Source: Bigelowiella natans CCMP2755 (taxonomy: Eukaryota > Protista > Cercozoa). Taken from it: a stretch of DNA of 64,000 nt. Positions 22,431 through 36,284 of this stretch are shown here, in pieces. Position 1 is the first letter of the stretch; each line of letters starts with the position of its first letter. The translations under genes were made by a program, and so were the position numbers. The notes beneath the pieces were generated by a model. It saw nothing but the letters and a program-made list of their open reading frames with translations. It ran no database searches and was not told where the DNA came from. The stretch covers positions 1 to 64,000 of the forward strand of contig ADNK01000004.1 of the NCBI GenBank assembly GCA_000320545.1. Direction: 5' to 3'.

Positions 22431-25400
22431 ACCGGACGAAAGAATGATTGTTATGTATATACATAGTTAGTACACTGCTGGATGATTATAAGTCTTCCTT
22501 CGTACATCAATCACTCCTCAAACAACCTGTAATTGTAAAACCACAATCTCTCCCACATCCATGATATGTATTATCCACCATCATTATCATAGAACATATG
22601 CTTCATCGTCCACTATCTTTCACCTGGAACTGTGAGAACAAGCGGCATACCAAAGGCGGGATCATCGATCGCCACTATCTCCGTCTCCATTCCTGGATCA
22701 ATCGTAGCGGCGAGGAGGGGAGGACGCAAATCGCGGAAACAGTCAACGGTGCAAATGCCAATCTCATTGTATCCGGCCAGAGGGTCAAACTGAGGGGGAA
22801 AGACGACGGCGACGACGACGATGAGGAAGAGCAAGAACGAAATCATATTAAGCACCACCACATGCCGTACATCATTCTTTCCTTCCCTCCTCATACCTCT
22901 ACTACTACTACTACTACTATACTACTACTACTACTACCATTTCTAAGTTGAGTGCCGTCGTGTTCTCGCAGCGTTCGAATTCGCTTTCACAGTCGAGAGA
23001 TGCAGGGCATAGGTGCATACGGGGCCCACATCCATTGAATCCTGGGCAGTTTTCTCGGCACGTACCGTCGGCACACAGTGTCACGCCAGCAGGACAGTTT
23101 ACAATCACCTTATGAAGAGGGGGGAGGGGGCGGTAGAGATTCGATGGCCATGCTTAGTTTCAGGAGGATGAAATCAAGGCGACAACTCACCTCGCACAGT
23201 TGTCCTGCAGCGACGCAAGTTCCATTGTCACAACGCAGTGGGTGCGACAGCGGGCACGCTGGGACGATATCACACTCAAACTTCTCAGTGGCCTCCGGCA
23301 CGCACAGCCCATTCGCGCACATGTACCTGATTAGTTCATCAAGGGGGTGGTAACACATTATTCGGTAGAAAGTATTTGGATCATGCTTTTCCTTCGTCTT
23401 GCAGCACCAAATGGAGAAAACGATCACAGGGTAAAAGAAGAAGAAGATAGGGGGAATAGGTTATACTCACTGGCCGCTCGGGCAGTTGTCAGACGGATCC
23501 ACGCCAGTGATCTCGATATCTAGTGACATCATCGACGCCGCAGCATGCTGTTTGTCGCTGGTGCTGCTGCTGGTTGTTGTTGTTGTTCCGAAGAGGTGGT
23601 GAAAGAAGGCTCGTCGTCCACTGATGTGTTGTGCACGTATAATCAACCATCCGCAACAAAGGGAAAAATACCCAAATGAAATTTAAATGCCATCATCGTT
23701 CACACGATGGGCGCGTACCAGGACCATCACAAGTCGCTTTACCTGCTCCCCACGCTCAGTGGTGTTGCGGCAGATCCACCAGCCGGACGAATAGCTTGCC
23801 ACGTCGCGATTGAGCGCGACACGCATTCACCAAAACTAGCAGCGAAACTTCCATCCCAGCACTGAAGAAAATCATCGGAGACAACGACATCCTCCCCCCC
23901 TGCTGCTCCAAATGAATTGACACCTGGAGGAGCGAGGAAGGGCAGACAGTCTCGGGGGCTCGAAACACATGACCCTGACAAAGTGTGAGATATAGAGTCA
24001 CATGGTGGTGATGATGATTGACCACCACACATCTGCACACCAGAATCACAGAGAATTGGATTGGGGCTAGGGCAGCGAAGGCCTCCCCTCCGAACACATT
24101 CGTCCAAGCTTGCAGCACACGTAAAATCGGGGCAGAGCACCGGGCTCTCTTCCGAGCGGCAAACGCGGATGGAAGGACACACACTAGGATCTGCCCGGCA
24201 TGACCCGTCTGCGCAGAGAGATTCGCCATCGGAACAAACCTGGAGGGGGGTGGGGGTGGATTGGGGGCCATAACAACGACGATACGATGAGAGCAGCTGC
24301 TTCACATTTCAAACCAATTAGACACGACGATGAACTCTTACCACGCGTGCTTCGCATGAAGACGATTCAGTGTCCTCAGCAGCGCTAAACAAGCTGAGTA
24401 ATCTGTTGTCCCCCGCCCCCGTTATATACAACAGCAACACAAAAGCATTGAAAGAAAATGAGAAGTTTCGGCGTAAAACCACCATTCACGTAATCAATTG
24501 ACTTCAAAGGCACGATTTTCAATAAATTTGCTTCTTCTACAACATTAATGAAAACGACGATGATTTCGGTTTTTCGACAAATGACAAATCGTCGCTATTT
24601 CCACCAACCCAAACACCCCGTGCCAAGGAAGCTTGATAAACCCCTCTCCTCCTCTACAACACAAATTCCAGACATGTGCCCACGCACCTCTGGAAAGCGG
24701 ACCCTCGTGCGCACTCCCCATTGACACATCGGAAAGGATGCGTAACGTTACACAGATAGGACGTCGAGCACTCGGCAAGGCTATCAACACAGCTGCCGTC
24801 GGGACATTGTGCGCGGTTGCAGGTCGCGTCGTTTGCAGGGCAATCAATAGCATTGGCCACGCAAAGACCCCCAGGACAACGAAGAGGGAGGAAAGACGGG
24901 CAACCGTTGGTCGCTGGACACGTGAAGATCGATGGCGAGCACTGTTTGGGGGAGGAGAAGGGGGAGAGGTGTTAGTGGGTATGAATCTGTGCGTGTTAAC
25001 CAATGTTTATATATTGCGGTAGAATGAGTTATATGCACAGAATATATCTTGAAAAGATTCAGCGTAAGTAGATTGATTCTTAGAGCGACGGGGAAGAAGT
25101 ACAAGCCACACACACACGCACACACGCACACACGCACACACGCACACACACATCATCATCATCATCCGATAATGTTTTCTTTCATCCCCCCCTTCACCCC
25201 CCTCCTCCCTTACCTCATTGTTCCAACAGCGGAAGAGATTGGCGTCACAGCCGTTGCTAAGTTCGGTGGTATTTACGCACCGATCCAGAGAGCTGACGCA
25301 CTCCCCATTTAGGCAGCGGAAAGGAAACGCTCCTAAAATCAGGAGGGGTCGGGGGAGGGGGGGGGGGGGGGGTTGAATGGTAGCTGCAAGAAGAACAAGA

Positions 25401-25635
25401 TGCAATTTTATTTCCTTCTTATACTTATGACTTATCCTACTATCCCAATTGTTCTCATAATCATCATCATCATCTTCACCATCTTGTAGTACTACTACCC
25501 GGACAGCCATTTGCCCCAAGGAGGCAATCATTCTCACTCTCCGCACACACCCCATTGCTGCACCGGAAACTGACGGACCAAACAGAGTTCTATCACTTTT
25601 TGGTGGCTCAACGATGCGTTTGAATCTTGGAAATA

Positions 25636-25676
<41 letters not shown>

Positions 25677-25693
25677 TATACAATCACACACAT

Positions 25694-25761
<68 letters not shown>

Positions 25762-25786
25762 CCTAAGTGGAGCTCCTTTTGTGTGC

Positions 25787-25826
<40 letters not shown>

Positions 25827-28800
25827 TAAGTGGAGCTCCTTTTGTGTGCGTTTACGACCGTCAAATTTGTCGTTTACCTAGCTTCATCAGGGCAGGTGTT
25901 CGCGAGGGGACACGCAGCTTCGCTCGAGCGACACGTACCATCTTGGCAACTATAGATTACGTCGATAATAGGATGATTCACCAAACACAAACACACACAC
26001 ACACACACACACATTATATATAATCAAGCATCACGTACAGCACAGAGGTTCAACGCACACGGAATACATTCACAGTCTCCTCGAATGATCTATCACACTT
26101 AACAACAAACGGCTTCATCAAGCCTACCGTACGCTATTGCTTCCGCTGCACGGCGATATCAGAGGGCACTGCGCGTAGCCAGACACGCAGTCACCGGAGA
26201 AACATCGGAGTAATCCTTCCGGACATGACTCAGCGCCCGGTACGAACGGGCAAACTCGCTCGCTGCGAGCACACAAGCCTCCCTCACACAGGAATGGAAC
26301 TTGCGATGGACAAGAATTCACTCCGCCCAAAGCTGAGGTGCAGCCGCCTGCAGGCGTACAAGTGCCTACAGGATGAGTGTAATCAGTTCTGGTTAAATCG
26401 CTCAATATTGTCTGTCTCTGACGATTGGCGCGGCAGGGGATGAATCATAGCTTATGTAAGACGCCGCTGCTTTATGCACATACACTACCGTCGTTACAAC
26501 GCGTCTCCGAGCGCTCGCAGCCATTAGGCGAGCCGAATTGGAAGTCAGGGTCCGAAGCGCTGAAACCAGGGCAGGAGGAGTAGTCCACGACCCCTCCCAT
26601 GCTAGATAAGGTGGCTAAACATGATCCATCAGCGCAGGCGCGGCGTACAGTTATATCTGTTGCGCCAGTGCCCTGTTTGTAACACGCAAACAGCAGTTTG
26701 TAGTATTTTGCAGCAGTGAGAATGAGTGTAATGTTCCGATCGACATTAATCATATTTGTTATCACCACCACCCCCACCACATCACACCTGTTGATTTGCA
26801 GAACCCAAGAACCCAGCCTCGCATGTCGGACCGTTCGTAGGACAGTCGGCCGCAGTCGCAACGCACTCGCCGCTCGAGCACTTGAAAGGGCGGATGAAGA
26901 GGCAGCCATTGAGAAGGGGGCACTCATCCATGCTCGATGCACATGTCCCTTGGCTGCAAACTGCAGGCAATTCAGGGGTACATTCAAACTCCATGCACTC
27001 GGCTCTCCGCGCGCAGAAACCGCCGCGACAGCGCTCGAATCCTGGCGCGCACACAGCGATTTCTTCCGCGTCGGAGTCGTCATCGTTGATGTTGTTGTTG
27101 CCGTCATCTTCGAAGATGATCGATTCGTCTAGGTCAAACGGGGAGATGCATTCCTCGGCGGAGGTTTGGCAGTCTTGCGAGCTTACAGGGCAACGGACAG
27201 GGGTAGAAAGAGGGCAGCTCCTGGTAGCACGGCATTGCCATGGCCGACTCTATGTACATATGTGGGTTCAAGTATGAATCGTGAAGCAATCAGCAAAATA
27301 ATGAAGAAGTAGAAGATACACAGACAAGAGTGGGTTCTTCACAACCATCACTATTATTATTACTACATCCCACCCTGCAGGAAGCATCAGGGCAAAGGAA
27401 CGGTGTGGCCGCCTCGCAGCGGAGGAAATCTGGACAGTCCCTAGGATCCACCTATGTTGTCGTCATTAGGAGCAACGCAACACACCACATCAGATAATCA
27501 ATGCTGCGGACGAAACAAAAAGACACGTGAGCAAAAGCCAGTTTTCAGCGACCTATAGTCTTTTCATCAAAGCTGCTAAAAGGAAAGAATAAATAGGAAC
27601 TTGCGCCTTTTTCTCATCGGCATTTTAGCTATCTTTTCATTCCTCGTTGATCATACCCGGCAAGTGCTGTCCCAGCATGTGAAGAAACCACCGCAGGTTA
27701 CCGCAGCGCCACAAGCTGTTATTTGTGCTTCGAATGACCCATCAGGACACGCGACCTGATTCACACTGGTAAACACCTCAGGGGGCACAGGGCAGTCTCC
27801 AATGTTCGGAGCGCATTGCTTGTCCACGCAGCGTACCCATCCTAAGGAAGGAGAGAAGGGGGGGGGGGGGGGAGGGAGAAAGAAAAGTCATAAGTAATGA
27901 AGAAATAATCGTAATATAAAAATACACGAACTATCAGAATATGTACTGCTGTTTCTACTACGTTGTTCGAATATATATGCTGCGTGCAGGTTGTGTACTA
28001 CCATCAGGGCACACGATGTCACTCGGGCAATCTCTAAGATTGCTACGACAGGTAAAGCCGATTCCTGCTTGTGGGCACTGTACGCTGTCCTGTGCGCATG
28101 GGGATGGGTCGGAGCCTCCTAGGTCAGGACACGTCGCCTGATGAACGGGGTTAGATAGATTCCACCAATAGACGAATCAGGGGGGGATAAGGAGGAAGAG
28201 CGGCGTTATTATTGACCAAGAGGAGAGAATCTGTACGTGCACGCGAGCGCGCGCGCTTGTGTGTGTCTGCATCGTAGCATTATGATTATTATTATTATTA
28301 TCATCATCATTATTATTATGATTTCCAGCTAGCTATTCGAACACATACAGCATGGTGTAGGCAATACCCTGCACGTGCCATCAAAACATCGCACAAAGCC
28401 TTCTGGGCAGGTGATTGGAGTCGCACAGAAGTCTAGGGAGAGGGCACATTCGCCCGTGGGGCACTTCACCTCCCCCTCATCACAGAGCAGGGCGCTGGGA
28501 TCCACGCATTGGTCGGGGGCGGCACGGCAGGCCCCATCACCGCATTTGACCGGATGCGAATCAGGACATGTCGGGTATGAAGGGCACAATGAGCGAGAGG
28601 GTCGGCAGAATCCTCTGGAGCACCGGAACTCATTCTCCTGGCATCTTTCAGTCGGGGCACAATCGGCGGCCTGGGCACCGCAGCTGCCGTCGGGGCAAAG
28701 TACTGGGAAGTCACCCGTGCATGTTGCGGTGTCTTCATTGTTGTTATTGGTAAGAGGAGGACAAAAGAATATTAGGGGAAACGACGATGGTAGCTGTTAG

Positions 28801-29206
28801 GAGTGCCCTATATGGTGCAATCAAGAGACGCTATCTATGATTTCTGTTCTGATGTTTAATTCGTGTAGGGGGGGAGGAGGGAAGCGTTGTCTCAAATGGC
28901 AGGAAGACTTTGACGAAAGTATCATTTCTATGCTAAAGTCCCTTTAATACAGACACATCTACCTCACAGTCAACACGAAAGAATCACAGACAATCGATAG
29001 CCAGCATTAAAGCACACACACACTAATGAAATTGTGATCGATATTACTAGGACAGGCCGTTGCTGTGGTTGTGCAGGTTCCGTCGATACACTGCGTCTCT
29101 CCTGCTTCGCACACCGAAGGATCATTGCAAAGCGACGCTACCGCTACACAGGAGTCGTCAGGACACCGTACAGGGCTGGAAGGCGGGCAGGATGGCTTGC
29201 CTGTGT

Positions 29207-29239
<33 letters not shown>

Positions 29240-31282
29240 CTGTGTGTGTGTGTTCGCGGAGTCAGAAAGAGAGATGAGAGGAGAGAGAGAGAGAGAGAAG
29301 AGAGGTAGAGAAAGATGTATGTGAGCATTATTTCGACATCTTTCCATCATCATCATCATCATCATCATCTCCTCCTTCTCTCCGTGTTATTTCTCATCAA
29401 CAGAACATACTGGGACACAGAGCTATGTTGCTGGCACACGAGTTGTCAGGGCATGGGGTCGATCCAGCGGGACAAGGGGCGAAGTTAGGCGGCAGGAACA
29501 CGGCGTCTGCAGGCGATATTTGTCCAATGTCAGGGTTATTTCGGATCGGGCAAGAAGCTAGATCTGCTGCACAGGAACCGCCTTCACACAGAATAAATGT
29601 CGGAGGGCACACCTGATCATCATAAGCATGGTTTGAGTGACTATTTTCGCAAGCAATGTACTGCTCATCTTGCGTTTAATGTTGGGAATTTCCTTAGAAA
29701 CGCTCTCAAACTTATAATAATGAATAAAGACGAGCTCCGAGTGAAAAATTTACACATATAATTTTGTTTAGGATAACATGGCGCACGAAGACGCAGCACC
29801 CTGGTGGATGGACAGTCATCGTCGTCGCTTCGGCAGGAGCCATCCTGACACCTCACAGGGTTATCGAGCGTGATTTCGTCGCACTCGTACTGTTCCAGGC
29901 ACTGGAAGTTGTCACCTACGCACAAGCCGCCTCCCCCCGCGCAGAGAACTTGGTCAGCCTCCGGACAGGTTACAGCAGTAGGGCATGATTCAAGTGAGAG
30001 CGCACATGACCCATCACCACAACGGCCGAGCCCAGGAGGGCATTGATCTCCACGACGATAGGTAATACATCGCTCAGGCGAAGATGCACAGGAAAAGCCA
30101 TCAGAGCAAGCGAATGTATTGGGAGGGCACACGGTAGGGGAAGGGCATTCCTCGGGGGAGGCTCTGCAGACCTGTGAAGAAGAAGATGAATCTCAGAGAG
30201 TCTCTCCCCCCCGCCCCCTCTCTGTCGCAAACGATAGATTAAAAGAAAAGAAGCCACAACCACCTCGTATTATTATGTAGCATTATTTAGTGGTAGCACA
30301 CCTGTGGGAAGTCGCATTGAACGTACCCACTTGGACATACAGAAGGCCCAAGACAAGTACCCACCACCTCACAAGCCCCTGTCGCACATCGCTCGTAACC
30401 TGCGTTAGTCCATGACGCACATGCACCAATAAGTGCCAATTCATGCACGAATTTCTATATCCCACATACGGATAGGGAGATGTACTGACTGCTACTACTT
30501 GATGTTGTCTTACTACCAGCAGGGCATGGACACTGGAAGTTGTTGGATTGGCAGGAGCCATCTGATGCACACCGAACTTGCCCCTGGGGACAGAAGCCTG
30601 TCGCTTCTGCACAATTTGCATACGAGCTCACACACGTGCCGTTATCACATCTGTACGGCGTTGAAGCACTCTCTGCGGAACATACAGAAGGCTGCACCTG
30701 GCGAAGAAGGGGGAGGGGAAGGGTAAAGATGATCAACGAAATATGATGCAACATTCTGGGCGATGAACAATCAAATCTGCGCCTTAGAAAACCAAAGGGA
30801 AACAAGACTGTTGTCAATATCTAATATAGAAAAAATTGGGTCTCCTCCCCCCTCACTCCCATCCCTCCCGCTCCCCATATATCTCTCTCACACCGGCAAA
30901 GTGAATCCCTGAACCGGAGCCTGATTGACCACCACATCACCAGTGGAGCTGACTATCGTCACAACTGGCCGGAACCTCCCAGCAAGGAAAAACTGGAAAC
31001 GGTGGAAGCTCAACCCGTCCGTGACATTTAGCGGTATCGATGTAACGGAGTACGGCACACCATCCTCGCGCTCGAAGGCCAGGGTTGCAGAGAAATTGCT
31101 GTCCAAGACCTGTCGTCATGATTATAGAGTTTAGTCTTCTTCTACTACTACTAACTACTGCTGCTGCTGTTGCCATGGCGCACGTAAAGCTTGGTATCGT
31201 ATGTAAAAGAAAGGAAAATCAGGAAAATCGCCATAATTCATCTCCAGCAACAACAAAAGTTATGATTGACTTCCACCACCCT

Positions 31283-31315
<33 letters not shown>

Positions 31316-32114
31316 ATCGTTGCCGAACATATCCGTGGCCTGGAGGATTGCGACCCCAAACCCAAGCTCCCTTGCTGGAGGAATGGAGACGACGCGGAAG
31401 GCTGCGACAGGGCCGAAGCTGACCACGATAACCGGTTCGCTGCTTCCCGCTCCGGAGAGGAAGTTGGACACTCGAGTCCCGCTCACAAACACGTCAAATG
31501 GAAACCTCCCAGCAGAAGTTGTAGCATATGTGATCTGTAACACCAGAGGCGCGGTACCTGTTTGTGTACAAGATAAACAGAAGGGTGATGCCATGGACAC
31601 GCTGCTGCTGCTGCTGCTGTCTCTTCTTCCTCCTCTTTCTAAGATCAACCAGTAACATCATGATGATGATGACGATGATCACAGTACCAAGAACTGTCGC
31701 CGTGTGGTTGCCCATGGCAAGCTCGAAAGTCGCATCCGGTGAGCTCAGGGTGAAATCCCCCAACCCAGTGACAACGATCTCTGTGCCGCTGTTTGGGGGG
31801 ACGGCGTTTCCGAACGAATCGAAGAAGGTCAGCTCCATTGTCCCAGAGCCACTCGCAGGGATGTTGGTAAAGGAGGTCACTTGAGTGCTTTCTGGGGAGA
31901 AATCACCGGGAAGGATTCGAACCTGCGTGAACGTGTCGCAGACGAGCTCTCCGTTGACGAATACGGCTAGGATGAAGTCTCCGATTACCTGTGATTTATT
32001 AGTTTTCGTGAGTTTGTTAGTTGATTCATCATCTTTTTTTTTTTCCTTCTTCTTTTTCTTCAATACTTTGTTGTGAGGAGTCTCCATGAAGAAATTATCT
32101 GCCTCAATTCTCTC

Positions 32115-32151
<37 letters not shown>

Positions 32152-33940
32152 ATCTCCCTCCCCTCCCTCAATCCATAGTTTAAAGAGAAGGCATTAGTAC
32201 CCCATTGGCCGAGTATGTGACGTTGTAAACTCCATTGGTGTGGAAAGTCACGCTTGCTGTCAGATCAAGTACCCTATTCACCTGTTATTTCAGTAGTTTC
32301 ATCAGTTACACAATGATTCATATTTGGTTTCCTTGTTAAATCTTTCCTCTGCCACTCTAAGAATAACCCTAATCACACCTCAGGGTCATCCATGTCCGCG
32401 CATGAAGGGGGCACACCAGCATAGAACTCTACATCGATCGTTGCCTGCAAATATCGATCAAATTCATAAATGATTACATTGGAAAGAATCCGTATTTCTC
32501 TCTAGTCTTATTCTTGTGTCATCGATGGATGACGGTGAGTTGTGTTAGGTTATTTTGATGATTCAACCGGGAACTCGTCAGGCCCTGCAACACGATTGAA
32601 GTAGATGTCAAATGTCCTCAGAGCAATGCCGGTAATGTCGACTGCTGTTTGCCCAACAGTAGCCGCCAAGATATCGGGCGTGTAGATGAATTCCAACTGA
32701 CTCCGGCTCGGGCCGAGAGACAGAACCTGAAAGCTTGGATTTGAAAAGGACGTCGATCCGGCAAGGATGTCCGTACCGCGGAATCTTGCTGCTATGAAGT
32801 ATTGGCCGGCAAGACAGGTTCTGCACGTGCTTAAGCAAGCTGGTGGCGTCGAATCGCATCCTACCAGAACCACGCTCCACACCCCTCCCCCAACGTACAT
32901 CAGACCCTGCTCGTTTGCGAGAGTAATTGTGCCCTGGGTGGGGGGCGGCACCGTGACGAGAACGAGGAAGGAGACGAGATCGGTCTCCTGTGTGAAGATG
33001 AACGGATTCCCAAAGATGTCAAACGTCGCCACGGTAAAGTTGATGCTGCTCCCAGCATTAGACGTCGAAGGCAGCTGGAAAATCTATGTGAGAGGAGGAG
33101 AGGAAGGGAGGAGAGGAGGAGAGGAATATATTGATATAAATTCAGGCAGGAGCAATAATTCAACGACAACACGGTCACCATTACCCTCCCCCTCCCTCCT
33201 CTCTCACTTGTCATCCAAACCTGTGTGAGAGAGGAGCTGATCATTGGGCTGTTAGCGACGGTGAAATTGGCGGTGGAAGGAAACAGCTGGCCTTGTCGAG
33301 AGACTGATGCAACCACCACCCCCACCCGCTCTATCACCACGGATACCTAATTATTATTATCGCCATTGCTCATCATAAATATCTCAGTCATCGTGAAGAT
33401 TATCAGGGAAATATCAATAAGAAGACCAAGAAATCGTGAGAGTACAAATGAAGGGAACGTCGCAAAATTATGCATGTCGTCACTTGTTGGAACAAGCGGG
33501 TGGTAGTAGTAGTAGTAGTAGTGGTAAGGTAGTAGTTATAGTAGTAGTAACGAGAGGATAGTCCTAAGGCCTCTCCATGCTTTCTACCTCGAAGCAAGAT
33601 TGCACGGTGTTGGCGACGAGGCAGTCGCTTGGCAACGCAGCAATGGACGCAGAAACGGTGACGCTGGAGGATACAACAGTGCCATTGGCGACGAAGTTGA
33701 ACTGCTCATCCAGGGCCCCGAGGTTGTTGCTAGTGGTCAGCTCATAATCACCGAGCATTCCCACCGAAGTCGGGTTGCCAAACCTGTCAGCCAGAGTCAC
33801 CTGCGACATCGAGGGAAACAAAGGAGTGGGGAGGGAGACGGATCTCAGTGTGTGGGGGTGCATGCGTCGTTTCAAGATAGACTTTCACGTTCTATGACTA
33901 GATCTATGGATCATTCTTTACTCATTGAAGTCTCATCGGT

Positions 33941-33974
<34 letters not shown>

Positions 33975-35233
33975 CCCTGACACTTGTCGCTGTGCCTGCA
34001 GCCACCGGTGCTTCTGCCGCCGCCCCGGAGATCGATACCACTGATCGAGAAGGATCCACCTCCCCAGGGAGAATGGTGAATTGGTAGGATGTCTGCCCGA
34101 TTAACGTCGTGTTAACGAAGACAGAGAAGGAGTGCCTCCCCGCTACCTAATGAATGCCCAGCGAGAGTATTAGCGGTTACTTGTGCCATACTGCTTGTGA
34201 GGCTGTTCTCCGACCCGAGTAGTTCGTCCACATGCATGCATGATTTTTCGTCAATTTTTCTCTCAACTGTTGTATTCAGTAATAATGGTAGCTCTAGCTG
34301 GTGATTACCGAGAGGAAGGAGTCAGGGAACAGGAGATTCCATAGATTGTTGCTGCCTGAATCATCGCCGAGGTACCTGAAAGTATTAAGGGGCTACCATC
34401 AGCGTTCTATGGATGCAACGGCTGAAGAACTAGGAACATCATTATTACTCTGCCGGAATGGTCGCTTGCGTTCCATTTTCATAGGTTATCGTGGCGCTCA
34501 CATCCAAATCGCTGCTATTCACTGGCTGTCCGTAGCGGTCGTTTAGGCGTATCTGCACGTCCGTCGGAGTCCCTGCGACAGCGCTAATGCCAGTGATTAC
34601 GTTGGCATTGCGGAGAACCTGTTAGGCATGGGGGAATTGAATAAGAGAAATACGAACGAGGAAGAGAAAGAAGGTAAAAAAGGGGGATATCCATGGTGGA
34701 GACTGTTCTCACCAGAGAAGCGAAATCGTTGGAGTTAATGAGGAACCGAGCAGCGGGTCCAGCAACTACGGTGATGTCGTAGCCTCCTAACGTTAGCGAC
34801 TGGGCAAGTTCCAAACCGTCGAATATGCGCAGGTTATAGGTTCCAGCATACCTATATGGTGGGGAAAGAAGAAAATGATAAACAGTGGTGGGGGGGGGGG
34901 GGGGGGGAGAGGGGGTGAGGGAACACTTATAGAGCGAAAAGAACGGTGAACATGTAATCATCATTTTGATTCTTCTTCTTCTTCTTCGTTGTTGTGTCTT
35001 GTTTAACTCACTGGAAGACAAGATTGGACACGGGGACAATCGCGCTGCCGTTGACTGGTACGGCAGTGGGCAAGACTGGGATGAACTCTCCGTCGAAGAA
35101 CGGAAGGTTTATAGCCTGAATCGCGAACACGAAGTTGCTGTTCTCCTCGATATTCGTTCGATTATTTTCGTCAGCGTCGAGGGCGAGGATGAAAAATCTG
35201 TTGTTTGCGAATTGTATGTGTGAATGAGCTCCA

Positions 35234-35275
<42 letters not shown>

Positions 35276-36252
35276 TATTATACACTAATCTCATTTTTGT
35301 TGTATTCTGTTTCTGAATCAAGAGGGAGGGACAAAGGAGCATCATGGATGATCATTGGTAGAGGGTAAAGTACTGATTCGTTGCGTCCGAGACAAGGCCT
35401 TCAAACACTCCTGGAAGACCAAGAACAACGCTCTCACCATTCAGCGCGTTGGCTTCAATTACCCGTAAAGTTGTCGAATCAATGCTCTGACTTTCGTTGA
35501 AAAATACCTGGTTGGGAGAAATTTCACATGCTTATTTTCTTACCGCAAGGCCCCAAAATCGTGAATAATACTTCAGTGGAATAACTCGTCCCCCTTCCCA
35601 TTCTGTCGTCTCCCCCACCCCTTTTTCTCTCTCCACAACACTGCCGCTACCAACGCCGCACCTCGAGCATGTAAAAGGTGTTCTCCGGGCAGCTGACGTT
35701 ATATGTGAAGGTGTACACGCCGTCGATCATGCTGGAGGGGGCGAGTTGCTGTGTTGGCATGCTGCATCCAGTAGCGGCAGTGACGTTGAGGGAGAAGGGA
35801 AGGTCTCCTGGGTCTGCAGAGCCGATCAGATTACCGAACTCGTCGGTGGCGAGCACACGGAATGAGGTAGTATTGAATTGGATTGTGCCTTGAGGAGATG
35901 TGCAGGATAAGGAGGAGGAGGAGGAGGAGGATGAACAAAGTGTCATTTTCACACGATGACAATTATCCACATATTTCTATGATCGTGTATGAGCTTACTT
36001 ACCGACGCTCCACCCTTCGTCATTGGTATTGACGAAACCAGTCGTAGCTTGACCGGGGGCGACCATCACCATGCGTGTACTTGCGGTTAGGAGCACGTCG
36101 TTGACGAAAAACTGCAGAGTGTGCAGCCCCGACAGTGTCGTCGTCCAAATCACTAATTTGATCATAAGGAAGGAAGGACAAAGGGCGGGGGATGGAAACA
36201 AAGAGGCGCAGACGACATCAACGAGGTGGAACAAACAAATGTGCAACGTTTC

Positions 36253-36284
<32 letters not shown>
